Of a DNA stretch of 64,000 nt, positions 11,531-23,759 are shown piece by piece (positions within the stretch are counted from its first letter, which is position 1; every line of letters starts with the position of its first letter). The notes beneath the pieces are model-generated. The model did not search any database. It had not been told where the DNA came from and worked only from the letters and a program-made list of their open reading frames with translations. Location of the stretch: positions 15,314,001 to 15,378,000 of the forward strand of contig NC_043009.1 in NCBI RefSeq assembly GCF_006345805.1, given 5' to 3'. This DNA is from Octopus sinensis. Lineage: Eukaryota. The position numbers and the translations under genes are program-made.

Positions 11531-13898
11531 GGAACGAAAAGAACACATTGCGCATTCTTAAGGTATAAATAGTGGTGCTACATAATGCAGTGAATGAAAT
11601 CAATGGAAGAAAGACTAGTAGTAACAATGCATGTATTAACCTTTATATAAATAATTAATATAATACACCTAAACTGAAATACACGGGAAAAACTTTCACA
11701 AACATTTAATAGTGAAAGTGTTTTTTTCTTCTCGTTCATGATTTTCTCTAAATTTAACATCCAAAGCTTTTCTTTTGATAACTTTATCCAAATATATAAA
11801 ATTATTATCCTGTTGTAAAATAAAAATCTATTGCTATTTTGATATTCCTTAAATAATCGTATCCTTCAAAAAATGAATAACATACTTTCCTAGGATTCTA
11901 ATATATTCGTATTCCTAATAATTACTTGCAGGACAATTTCTCCAATGTTGTTATTTGCTTAGATTATTACATATGAGAGAATAGAACAAAGACATATGAC
12001 GAAATTTCTTTCAAAGATTTATTCGTCAGACACTGTGCTTCCATATTGTAATTGAAATGCCGATCAGGAAGAGCTAAATTAAGCCAACTGTCTTAAAGGG
12101 GAATATTACACTTATTTCATATATATTCCAGCGAGAAAATAATCGATACTGTGTTATTTTGATTTACATTTATTCCTTCAGTTACTTCTCGTTGTCCCTG
12201 AAGTTTGAGTATGTGAGTTATCTAGCAACATGTCGGTCTTGTGGATTCAGTGCACTCTTCTGTAATTATTGTATTTGATAAATTTTTGTACACTGAGAGG
12301 TGAGTTATGTGAGATATAAGTCTAGTTTTACTTTCGCATCATTGACCTAGTGGGTGAGGATATTATTATTCTTAGTTTAGAAAAACATTTGTTGCTGGAG
12401 ATCAGTTTATTTACTCATCACATAAGCATTTTGATTAGATAACGATCGATTATATAACCCACGTGAATGCAATATAGATGCAGTTACTTGGCTTTTCCAT
12501 ACATCATCATGTGTTTCATACCTGATTATATCAAGAGGGATATTTCCAGGAATCACTGAGAGTTACGGGAATTTTAACAATGAAATACTCTCACTCAGGC
12601 AATTCCGCAGTGGTGTTTCAAATCTCAGTATGTGCTTAGTGAGCACCATTACTATAGCACTAGTCACACCTTCCATTTTCATTCCTTCAAAACCATCTTC
12701 ATTGTATTCTTCTTAACTATCCCGGAAATAACTCTTATGATACTTGCCTACAAACCGCAATACCATCAGTCAATGTTTGCAATCATTGTTTAAATGTCAG
12801 TTCGAGACATTAGGGAAATCTTGTGAGAAACACTCATCCTATAAATATATTTTCTTTTTCAGTGAGAATGAAGCCAGTTATACTTAAGTAATATACTTGA
12901 TGTATGAGAATACTATGTACAGAACTTGTATAGCATTCGTTTCTATCACTCATTTTGCGAAGGAGACCTATGTAGATAAGCGACAATTTACATCAGATTC
13001 ACGGTCAAAAATCAATGTTTACCCACCATTAAGAATAAGTTGACAACACATCTAAATGCATCGATATAGATGAATCAAAAACTTGATTAAATCAATTCTA
13101 GCATCTCCAGTGTTTTAAAGATACATTGCTCAAAGTACTTGAAATGGGAACTGAGGGCATCTGTTGCTGCGGTATTGAAACACAGAACATCAATTAATCA
13201 AGCCATTTACTTCTTTATCCAACAGGAATGGTGGAATGGCGTTTATGTATCTAACAACGTTTTAAGAAGAACAAGTGACATTTTCTAGCAGTAATGTTCA
13301 CACATTTGTAAATGTCGTTAAATAACTGAAAAATGTTAACCACAGTTTGTTTGCAGTGTCCTGGTATCATATTTCTTATGCGAATGAGAAGCTATTGTAT
13401 ACTGCATTCTTGAGTAGGAACACATCTTCAAAGTCATTGAAGAAGAAATATTTTTAGGATTAAAGTTGCTGCTATTCTGAACCTAATACATTTAAACACC
13501 TCCACGATGGTAGCAAAGCACTGAACTTTTTGAACTTCGATAAACTTCTATTAGCCTTATGATATCCAATAAGTGCTAAGAAACAAACTAGAAATAATGA
13601 AAGACTATAATATCCAAGTTGACATGAACGGAGCAGCTGTTCTTTTTTTTAACTATACAAAAATAAACTTCATTTACTACTCCAAATAATCCATAAGAGA
13701 CATCATATGTTACAACATATCTAATGCCAAAAGTGAAATAAATCAATGTAAAGCATTTCTACATATACACACAGTTTCGCCCTCCATGCTTACTTCATAG
13801 AAAGAATATGAATAACAAACAGAAAGATATATAAATGTATAAGCCTATTGAATACATTACGCATGAACCCGATTATGCATAAGTTTATATATATATAT

Positions 13899-14250
13899 TG
13901 TGGCACTCCGTCGGTTACGATGACGAAGGTTCAAGAAGATCCGAACAACGGAACAGACTGCTCGTGAAACTAACCTGCAAGTGGCTGAGCACTCCACTGA
14001 CACATGTACCCATAACGTAGTTCGTGGGAAGATTCTACGTGACACAGAGTGTGACAAGGCTGGATTTTCAAATACAGGTACAACAGAAGCAGGAAGAAAG
14101 AGTGAGAGAAAGTTGTAGTGAAAGAGTACAACAGGGTCCGCCATCACAACCTGTCAAGCCTCGTGGACCTTTATGGGTTTTCGCTCAATAAACACTCACA
14201 ACGCCCGAAACCGCAATCCCACGACCACGACTAGTTGATTGTGGCTCGAC
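13899..14250 (-). mobile_element. tRNA-derived SINE, family 3, with partly deleted head
   Basis: Complex block between (TA)n tracts; minus-strand head remnant GTCGTGGGATTGCGGTTTCG..GGGCGTTGTGAGTG and tail ...GAACCTTCGTCATCGTAACCGACGGAGTGCCAC. Identity rests mainly on recall of an octopus SINE. Confidence 0.55.
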
Positions 14251-14289
<39 letters not shown>

Positions 14290-14303
14290 CATACATACAT
14301 ACA

Positions 14304-14339
<36 letters not shown>

Positions 14340-14999
14340 TATACATATTTATTACATACACATATATGTTCTTAGCTACAATTGCGACAACATGAATTTT
14401 CTCCATATTCTTGCTCTCTTAAAGTATTTGTCCAACTGGCTAAAATTCTATTTATTTATTTGTGCAGCTGAAGATGGTACTGCATTTAAATTGATGTAAT
14501 GATTGCATTGTTTAATTAAATGGACCCGTTTGAAACGGTCGTACTGCATTACTACTTGATATCCTGTTGCTTACTTTGATTATATATATTTGAAAGTCTA
14601 TGTAGACTACTTAATACAGTTGGATGGTTTTTTTAATTATGTTTTTTTTTTTAATATTATGAAATATTTTATGATGATGTTACTAATCTTTTGGGAAAAT
14701 AATTTTTTGTGTCAGGTTTTGACGTGTTTTATTATTGAATTTGAAAAAAGTTCACAATCTTGAAGTGTGTTAGACATTAAAACATTATTAGTATGTTCAT
14801 GAAGTTCAGGTAGCGTTCTTGACAACCGGAGTTAAATGACTGGCGTTTTCCTTTTTCATACCTTTTAGATGGTTCCGACATGCTGCATTTTTCTAATACA
14901 ATTTTGACCAATCAGCATGCACCTTAAATGTCACGAAATGTCGGGCGCACCGATATTGCTGGCCTTTTGCTTAAGATAAGTGTTTGATTAGTTATTATG

Positions 15000-16480
15000 T
15001 TTATTTAATCTTTCACATTGTTTCATGACTGGTAAATTTGTTTTGATGATGCGGAAGGTGTGTTACTAGAAATGGCACTGTGATCCGTTGATTTGTTCAT
15101 CTTTCACATGTTGCTCTAAGTTGTTCTATAGATATCTCTTTTCTTCGTCGTATGCCATTTTCTTTAAGGGGAGATTTTACTTGAGCAGAAATTGTTTGAG
15201 TTCTATAAGTTGTATGTTCCTGGTATTTTGGTCATCTACTATAGTAAATACTTTTCTGACTAGACAGTACGAGATGTTATGTTTTGTGTGTGTTAGGTGA
15301 CATGATAGACATTTGGGTACTGGTGGGTATCTGGACTTTTGTAATAAATATCAGTTGTAATTGTGGTGTTGTTTATAATTACCACTATGTCAAGAAATGG
15401 TAATTCTGCGTTACTCATTTTTCTCGTTAATTTGAGACTAGGGCGTAGATTGTAGCGTAGGGTGCTGAATTCCTCCAGATTGTTAGGGATTTGGTCCTAA
15501 TTAGGAAACAATTATCGAGATATCTTTCCCATCTGTATGCTTTCTAAAGATCATGCCGTAATTTTCTTCAATTTTTTTTATGTACGTTTTGTTCCAAGTA
15601 ACCCAATACTGAGTTCGCAAAAACTGGAGCAAATTGCGTCCTCATAACTCTGACTTAAATTTGGAGGTAGTTTTTTTTTCCGGTGAAAAGGAATGTGTTG
15701 TTTTAAAGGATGTGGTTGACCGCGTCTAGTATGAACGTTACAGTAAATCTTCTGGGGATCATTTCTCCATTTCTCGACGTAATATTTTATGGCAGTAATT
15801 CCCAAATCATGTAGACTTTTCGTATATAAATTTGTTACATCAAAACTAACAGTGATTTCGATTCTATTGTTATTCTTCAGTGGAAATCGGGAGAGGATAT
15901 CAATAAACCGATCTAGAAGTGTATTTCGTCCTTTTGGTGGGTTACATTTTGATTTATTTTACGCCAAGGTTTCGTCATTTTCATTATTTGTATCGTCAAA
16001 GACTCCACATGTCTTAGCTTTCGATAAAGATTTTGGATATTTTCTTTCAATTCCTGATGGTTGACTGTAGGTGTAGGTGTGAATTTCAGTCCTTTCATCA
16101 ATAACTGAAGTTCGTCACTGTCTATACTTCTTTTTTGCTAGATGCGTAATTTTAGAGTCTATCGTATAAATTTCTCGCATCATTTCTCTGGTGAGCTTTG
16201 TATTTTGTCTATGGTGTTTGGTTAAGTATATTTTTTCGCTTGTTCCTAGGTATGGGCATGTTAGTTTTATATTCAGTTTGTGAAATTTTGGGGTGTTTAT
16301 TTGACGGTCTAGTATGGCTTTTTGTCCCGTTTCTAATAGGTGATTTTGCTGAGGTCTTGAATGTGATTTCTTCCCAGTTTTTTTTACTCAAATATTTTGA
16401 TCAAATAGATAATTTTTTTATTTACTAATGTTTTGATATAAGAAATATATATTTTGTTTATGGTATTCTTGTATGTTACA
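15000..16480 (-). mobile_element. Penelope-like element RT region, decayed and internally deleted
   Basis: Minus strand KGLKFTPTP..N..EL....LYRKLR (PLE N-terminal motif), NPPKGRNTLLDRFID, SFDVTNLYT..HDLGITAIKYY, WERYLDNCF (YxDD position), LPFLDI, thumb-like HQY....CH..HTKHNISYCLVR. Confidence 0.75.
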
Positions 16481-16949
16481 TGTATCGGTATGTTTCTTTG
16501 CATTTTTAAATGATAAAAAATTCTTACTGATATATTATACTATACACATTTACACAAATTCGAATGTATGTATATATATATTAAATAAAATGAGACTACA
16601 AATCCAAGGATGTGTGGAATTTTCAGGCCATTTATAAAAAGGTAGTTTCTGTGATATTAGAGATATCTCTTCATCAGAGGAGTTATTTTCGAAAAGGAAG
16701 CAAAGAAGGAGTATATAGGGAAATAGCAGAATGAATGTAGAAATAAAAATAAAAATGTATAAACATGTTGTAGTTGCAGTTCCATTATCCAAGGAGAGCG
16801 CTGTGTAGAAGTGGTAGAAATGCACTTCTCGCATAAATAAAAAAAAAAAGCTGTTATATATTAGGATATAGGAGTGTGTGGAATAAGTATGTTAGGAATA
16901 GCCTCAAAAAGAAATGCATTAAGCTGAACCGTTATTACCCAAATCTTTT

Positions 16950-17115
16950 TTCTCTTTCCATTTTGCTCGTCCTCCCAGCAATTTTCCCCTCAATCCTTTC
17001 TGTTGAAGAGCATAGACTCGAAACGCCAAAGACGTTGCCATTCTTCTTGAATGTAAAACTAATACACCTGCTTGCTGTTCTCTCGTCTATCTTCGTTTTC
17101 TGTTCTCTGTAAATT
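16950..17115 (+). mobile_element. Older solo PLE terminal repeat related to the Neptune copies downstream
   Basis: CTTTCTGTTGAAGAGCATAGACTCGAAACGCCAAAGAC..ACTAATACA..CTTCGT..GTAAA aligns with 19146-19270. Confidence 0.75.
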
Positions 17116-17173
17116 TGAATTACACACACATACAAATACACACACACACATATATGAGTGTATATATAAATAA

Positions 17174-17209
<36 letters not shown>

Positions 17210-17320
17210 TCAAATCAAAGGAAGAAAAACATTTCCTTGAAAGGGATTTAAATCGGGAAATTTTCAATGGTACTCCAGTTCAATAGCACAAATATGTGTA
17301 TGTCTCTCTCTCGCTCGCTC

Positions 17321-17421
<101 letters not shown>

Positions 17422-17423
17422 GT

Positions 17424-19310
17424 ATAATATTTTCTAATTTCACTGGTCCCACTCCTGAACTATATGGTCGTTACATTGACGACATTATCGGTGCCACCTC
17501 ACTCTCCCGTGAACATCTAGATTCCTTCCTCTCTTTTGTTCAATCTTTCCATCCAGCCCTCCACTTCACTTCCACTATCTCCTACACCTCTGTCTCCTTC
17601 CTCGACATTTCGGTTAGCATTCTTCACTCCACTCTTACCACCTCCATTCACTACAAACACACAGACTCACACTCTTACCTCAACTTCTCTTCCTCCCACC
17701 CAGAACACACCAAGCTTTCCATTCCCTATTCCCAATTCCTCCGTCTACGTCGGCTCTGTAGTGACGACCATGACTTTGAGACTCAGTCTCAACGTATGGC
17801 CCACCACTTCATCCTACGTGGATACCCCCTCACCACTATCCACACCGCCTTGCCAGAGCACGTTCCGTGGACCGTGTATCTGCTCTCTCTCCCCGAACCC
17901 GCCCTGTAGTCTCCCGCCCCTTTTCCCCTCACTTACCACCCCACGACCCTACCTCTCCAACGCACCATCCTTCGAGCTTTCCGTCATCTCCAGTCCGACC
18001 CGTCCACTTCACACCTCTTCCCTAACCGACCCCTCCCCTCTTTCAAACGAGCCCATAACCTTCGAGACCTTTTGGTCCATAGCTCCTTCCTGACCCTACC
18101 TCCCAACCTGGCTCGTTCCCCTGCTCCCGCCCACGTTGCCGCACTTGCTCTACCTCTCCAACACCACCCTCCTCACTGGCACCCACCATCGACCCTTTCG
18201 CATCATCAACTCCTTCACCTGCACCTCCAGCAATATTATCTATTGCGTCTCTTGCTCTCTCTGCCATTCCCTGTACATCGGACAAACGGGACGCCGCTTG
18301 GCTGACCGGTTCGCGGAACACCTTCGTGACATCCACCTTGCAAACGACACACCGGTCTCACGCCATTTCCGCTCCACCGGTCACTCCTTGCAACACCTGT
18401 CTGTGTTCGGTTTGTCCTTACACAGAGGCCATCCGGATTCCCGTTTGCGCCGTGAAGAGGAATTAATCTTCTCTCTTCGCTCTTATATGCCATTTGGTCT
18501 CAACTCTCCCCCCCCTCTTCATCTAACCCCCTCTTCCCCCTCCTCATCTAACCTCCCCCCGACCCCTACTTCTCTTCAGTCCTTCATCCTTTCACCCCTA
18601 CTCCTCTTCCTCTTTCTCCCTCCCTCCTTCTTCCCTCTTCCCCTTCCCTCTGCTTCCCTCACTCCCCTTCTCTCTCTCCCTCTATCCTCCATCCTCACCT
18701 CCCCTCCTCTTCTCCTCTCCTTCCTTCTCCCCCTCCTCTCTCCTCTCCTTCCTCCCCCCTCTTCTTCTCCCCTCTGCTCCCCTTTCTTTCTCCCCCTCAA
18801 CCCTCCCATCTCCCCCTCACCTCACCTCACCCCCCTCTTCTCCTCTCTCTACACTACACCATACGACTTTACACATCACATCATATATAAATACACACGT
18901 CTAGACCTCTCATACGCACTAATACTCTGTCATACACACACACACACTCTTCTCATACACACACACACACACACACTCTTATGTTTGAGCGGGGGTCATT
19001 AAACCCTATTATCTCCCCTATTTTCGCTCTTGCGTCTCATGTTTGATCTTTGACTTCTGGCCGAAATCAGATCGCCATGTTGATTCGCTAGCTTTTGCAC
19101 GCATATTTTTTTCTCTCCTTCTTTCTGTTTTTTTTTTCTGTGTATCTTTCTGTTGAAGAGCGTAGGCTCGAAACGTTAAAGACTTGTTTCATTTATATTT
19201 CCTGAGCGCCATACTAATACAATTGTTTGTTTGTATTCCACCTGCCTTCGTCTTTTATTTATTTCCGTAAACCTGCCTTCGTCTTTTGTCTATCTTGATA
19301 AAGCTTACCT
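17424..19310 (+). mobile_element. Neptune-type Penelope-like element, 5'-truncated, copy 1 (four small deletions relative to copy 2)
   Basis: GPTPELYGRYIDD (RT), SFLDI, SYLNFSSSHP..K.SIPYSQFLRLRRLCS (thumb), PCSRPRCRTC (linker Zn motif), IYCVSCSLC..LYIGQTGRRLADRFAEH (GIY-YIG), EEELIF, GLN; then CT-rich tract and terminal repeat. Confidence 0.92.
19145..19182 (+). ncRNA. Minimal type I hammerhead-like motif in PLE terminal repeat, core variant CUGUUGA
   Basis: TCTTT-CTGTTGA-A-GAGC-GTAG-GCTC-GAAA-CG-TT-AAAGA: stem I TCTTT/AAAGA, stem II GAGC/GCTC, palindromic ACGT in place of stem III. Confidence 0.6.
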
Positions 19311-19361
19311 GTATATATATATATGTATATATTGTACATATATGTATATATATGTATATAT

Positions 19362-19419
<58 letters not shown>

Positions 19420-19552
19420 GTACTCAAATCAAAGGAAGGAAAAACATTTCCTTGAAAGGGATTTAAATCGGGAAATTTTCAATGGTACTCCAGTTCAATA
19501 GCACAAATATGTGTATGTCTCTCTCTCGCTCGCTCTCACTCTCCTCTCTCTC

Positions 19553-19645
<93 letters not shown>

Positions 19646-19695
19646 ATATTTTCTAATTTCACTGGTCCCACTCCTGAACTATATGGTCGTTACAT

Positions 19696-21216
19696 GACGA
19701 CATTATCGGTGCCACCTCACTCTCCCGTGAACATCTAGATTCCTTCCTCTCTTTTGTTCAATCTTTCCATCCAGCCCTCCACTTCACTTCCACTATCTCC
19801 TACACCTCTGTCTCCTTCCTCGACATTTCGGTTAGCATTCTTCACTCCACTCTTACCACCTCCATTCACTACAAACACACAGACTCACACTCTTACCTCA
19901 ACTTCTCTTCCTCCCACCCAGAACACACCAAGCTTTCCATTCCCTATTCCCAATTCCTCCGTCTACGTCGGCTCTGTAGTGACGACCATGACTTTGAGAC
20001 TCAGTCTCAACGTATGGCCCACCACTTCATCCTACGTGGATACCCCCTCACCACTATCCACACCGCCCTTGCCAGAGCACGTTCCGTGGACCGTGTATCT
20101 GCTCTCTCTCCCCGAACCCGCCCTGTAGTCTCCCGCCTCCCTTTTCCCCTCACTTACCACCCCACGACCCTACCTCTCCAACGCACCATCCTTCGAGCTT
20201 TCCGTCATCTCCAGTCCGACCCGTCCACTTCACACCTCTTCCCTAACCGACCCCTCCCCTCTTTCAAACGAGCCCATAACCTTCGAGACCTTTTGGTCCA
20301 TAGCTCCTTCCCTGACCCTACCTCCCAACCTGGCTCGTTCCCCTGCTCCCGCCCACGTTGCCGCACTTGCTCTTACCTCTCCAACACCACCCTCCTCACT
20401 GGCACCCACCATCGACCCTTTCGCATCATCAACTCCTTCACCTGCACCTCCAGCAATATTATCTATTGCGTCTCTTGCTCTCTCTGCCATTCCCTGTACA
20501 TCGGACAAACGGGACGCCGCTTGGCTGACCGGTTCGCGGAACACCTTCGTGACATCCACCTTGCAAACGACACACCGGTCTCACGCCATTTCCGCTCCAC
20601 CGGTCACTCCTTGCAACACCTGTCTGTGTTCGGTTTGTCCTTACACAGAGGCCATCCGGATTCCCGTTTGCGCCGTGAAGAGGAATTAATCTTCTCTCTT
20701 CGCTCTTATATGCCATTTGGTCTCAACTCTCCCCCCCCTCTTCATCTAACCCCCTCTCCCCCTCCTCATCTAACCTCCCCCCGACCCCTACTTCTCTTCA
20801 GTCCTTCATCCTTTCACCCCTACTCCTCTTCCCTCTTTCTCCCTCCCTCCTTCTTCCCTCTTCCCCTTCCCTCTGCTCCCTCACTCCCCTTCTCTCTCTC
20901 CCTCTATCCTCCATCCTCACCTCCCCTCCTCTTCTCCTCTCCTTCCTTCTCCCTCCCCCTCCTCTCTCCTCTCCTTCCTCCCCCCTCTTCTTCTCCCCTC
21001 TGCTCCCCTTTCTTTCTCCCCCTCAACCCTCCCATCTCCCCCTCACCTCACCTCACCCCCCTCTTCTCCTCTCTCTACACTACACCATACGACTTTACAC
21101 ATCACATCATATATAAATACACACGTCTAGACCTCTCATACGCACTAATACTCTGTCATACACACACACACACTCTTCTCATACACACACACACACACAC
21201 ACACTCTTATGTTTGA
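19696..21216 (+). CDS. Partial PLE RT (C-terminal), linker and GIY-YIG endonuclease, reading through into low-complexity sequence
   Basis: Frame of ORF 20014..21216 is open upstream to the GAC GAC (DD) codons at 19696. The domain ends at about 20740 (GLNS); the remainder is translated CT-rich tract. Confidence 0.85.
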   Translation, partial: DDIIGATSLSREHLDSFLSFVQSFHPALHFTSTISYTSVSFLDISVSILHSTLTTSIHYKHTDSHSYLNFSSSHPEHTKLSIPYSQFLRLRRLCSDDHDFETQSQRMAHHFILRGYPLTTIHTALARARSVDRVSALSPRTRPVVSRLPFPLTYHPTTLPLQRTILRAFRHLQSDPSTSHLFPNRPLPSFKRAHNLRDLLVHSSFPDPTSQPGSFPCSRPRCRTCSYLSNTTLLTGTHHRPFRIINSFTCTSSNIIYCVSCSLCHSLYIGQTGRRLADRFAEHLRDIHLANDTPVSRHFRSTGHSLQHLSVFGLSLHRGHPDSRLRREEELIFSLRSYMPFGLNSPPPLHLTPSPPPHLTSPRPLLLFSPSSFHPYSSSLFLPPSFFPLPLPSAPSLPFSLSLYPPSSPPLLFSSPSFSLPLLSPLLPPPSSSPLCSPFFLPLNPPISPSPHLTPLFSSLYTTPYDFTHHIIYKYTRLDLSYALILCHTHTHTLLIHTHTHTHSYV

Positions 21217-21374
21217 GCGGGGGTCATTAAACCCTATTATCTCCCCTATTTTCGCTCTTGCGTCTCATGTTTGATCTTTGACTTCTGGCCGAAATCAGAT
21301 CGCCATGTTGATTCGCTAGCTTTTGCACGCATATTTTTTTCTCTCCTTCTTTCTGTTTTTTTTTTCTCTGTGTA

Positions 21375-21412
21375 TCTTTCTGTTGAAGAGCGTAGGCTCG
21401 AAACGTTAAAGA
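21375..21412 (+). ncRNA. Minimal hammerhead-like motif, second copy
   Basis: Identical to 19145..19182. Confidence 0.6.
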
Positions 21413-21593
21413 CTTGTTTCATTTATATTTCCTGAGCGCCATACTAATACAATTGTTTGTTTGTATTCCACCTGCCTTCGTCTTTTATTTATTTCCGTAA
21501 ACCTGCCTTCGTCTTTTGTCTATCTTGATAAAGCTTACCTGTATATATATATATGTATATATCTTGTACATATATGTATATATATGTATATAT

Positions 21594-21649
<56 letters not shown>

Positions 21650-22607
21650 CTATATATGCTTAATAGGTAACTGTATTAATAAATTTAGGGATGTATGAAC
21701 AAATAAATTGATACTAAAATATTTTCTAACTTATTTTTGATAAACTTAAAAATTGATAGATGTATTTGGTTGAAGTTATACAAGAGGGTGTGATCAATAC
21801 CACTTCTATCGTCAGCACGTATTTCCGGCTATTATTCCGTGAGCATTTAATCTGTAAATATAATCATTGTCTTACGGTGGTATTTTCCTGAGATAACCTA
21901 AGTAACTTTGAGTTTTTTTTTACTTGTCATTTACTAGCAATGCTTATATGAGTACGAATAAATAAATTAGAATAATAATTATGATATATAATTGTATATC
22001 TTTATATATGAATATTCGTTGTAGTCCCTATGAAATTTAATATAACTCATCATCTTATGTTCTGTAGAACTTGTATACACATAATAATTTATAGAATAAT
22101 ATAGCTATTGGCTGACACTAATTCATTTCCTCTGTAAAACTAAGTAAAATTTATATATTATTACTTTTTTATCTAAGAAATAATATAGTTATTATTATTA
22201 TTATTATATATCTTTTTCTAAAATTACGCATATATGAATATTTCTTGTAGTCCCTTTAATATTTAGTATATATAATATGTTCTTTCGAACTTGCATACAG
22301 ATACATTGTAAATTTTGTTTTACTTAATTACTTTATCCATTTCAATTTTGTTGTTGTTTTATTGTACTTATTATATTTTTGAATTATTAACGCTCACGCT
22401 TGTAAACACATGTATATTTTAAGTCACTCTACTTTATAATTTAGCGGTTCTTGCGTGGAATTATTGTATGTCTTTTAAACAAATATCCCTGAAGGGACTT
22501 GCATCCATAAATGTGATTTTTTTAATAAATTCACTAGTGAATATGATTCGAAAACATTTATTGTAATTATGCTTGTTTTAATCATTTGTTATATTATTGG
22601 TATAGTA

Positions 22608-23706
22608 CAGGTGGCCCAAAAGTAGGTGTACAGTTATTCAACTATCACTTTCGCATTCATATATTAACAGTTTAGTCTTAATTACAAAAATATAAAACCA
22701 TTATTCTGTGCTCATTTAGTTAATTTTGTCAGTTTGTAATTGTTTCGTTTTCTTTTCTTTTTACAGGTACTGTTAATTGTGAGCCATGGAAAACAATTTA
22801 AATCAAGAGCAAATTAAGTGGATATTAAAACATTATTGGAAGTCTGAAAATGCCGAGCAGTTGCGCACAGCATGGCAAGAAGCTTTTCAAACACTTCCAC
22901 ATTCACGTCAGATAATTTATTGGATAAGAAATAAATTTGATACCAAATTTCAGTGAGTAATACACCAAAATGTGGACGCCCCAAGACTTATGTGAGTGCA
23001 AAAATTAGATGTTAGTGGTTATAACATTTGTGAACAGTCAAAAGAAGTCCATATGGCGTGCTTTTCTAGAACTATCCATACCAAGAACATTATTTGCAAC
23101 GCCCAATTCATAAGCTGAAATTAAAACCTTTCCGTCCACGACTGGTACATCGTCTTTTGGAGGACGACCCAGATCGCCGGCTGCAATTCTAAGAAATGAT
23201 GCGTAACTAAATTACTAATAAGCAACCAGACTAGGTGCACTCTCAAGCAAAGGTGCTATCGGACCCGTTTTCTTTTATAGAACTGTCAATGGAGAGAACT
23301 ACTTGGAAATGTTTCGTGATGTGTTAGTACCACAACTCAGAACCAATGCTTTGATGAACTGTTCTTTCAGCAAGATGGAGCACCTCCACATTGTGCGGCG
23401 ACAGTAAGTGACTACCTTAAGCAAGCTTTTTCACAGCGTTGGTTTGGAAGATGGTGCAGCATCGAATGGTCACCACGTTCACCTGACTTGACACAAATGG
23501 ATTTCTTTTTTGAGGTTGTTGTAAAGAACATGGTTTATGGGAAGAATCCCCAAACAGTAAATGAATTAAAAGATTAGATTTCTGATGCATTCACTGAAAT
23601 TGTTGGAGATCGGAATTTGTGCCGCACTGTTTGTCAGAATGTTCTAAATATGTTTGAAGAATGCTGCAATGTTGAAGGAGGACATTTTGAGCATCTGAGA
23701 GATTAA
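22608..23706 (+). mobile_element. Tc1/mariner-superfamily transposon with DD41D spacing (rosa/VS-like), internally deleted and decayed
   Basis: TA followed by CAGGTGGCCCAAAAGTAGG (TIR-like); ATG at 22786 (MENNL..WILKHYWKSENAEQ), GRPK, FQQDGAPPH...WSPRSPDLTQMDFF with 41 residues counted between the 2nd and 3rd Asp; GGHFEHL-stop at 23706. No 3' TIR seen. Confidence 0.82.
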
Positions 23707-23759
23707 ACATTGTCTGTTTAAGATGTGCATAAGCAATATGATTGTAAGATAGAAATTTA

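Larger units (their letters stand above)
19643..21540 (+). mobile_element. Neptune-type Penelope-like element, 5'-truncated, copy 2
   Basis: Near-identical to 17424..19310; one frameshift near 19695, then open through RT thumb and GIY-YIG. Confidence 0.92.

Noticed and set aside
12300-13600. Complex sequence that might be exon or transposase
   Set aside because: All frames interrupted and no recognisable motif.
18043-18809. Antisense ORFs over the Neptune element (also 20230-20716)
   Set aside because: A by-product of the C/T-skewed strand, which yields few antisense stop codons.
22007-22300. Diverged direct repeat of about 70 bp in AT-rich DNA
   Set aside because: Too degenerate and AT-rich to interpret.
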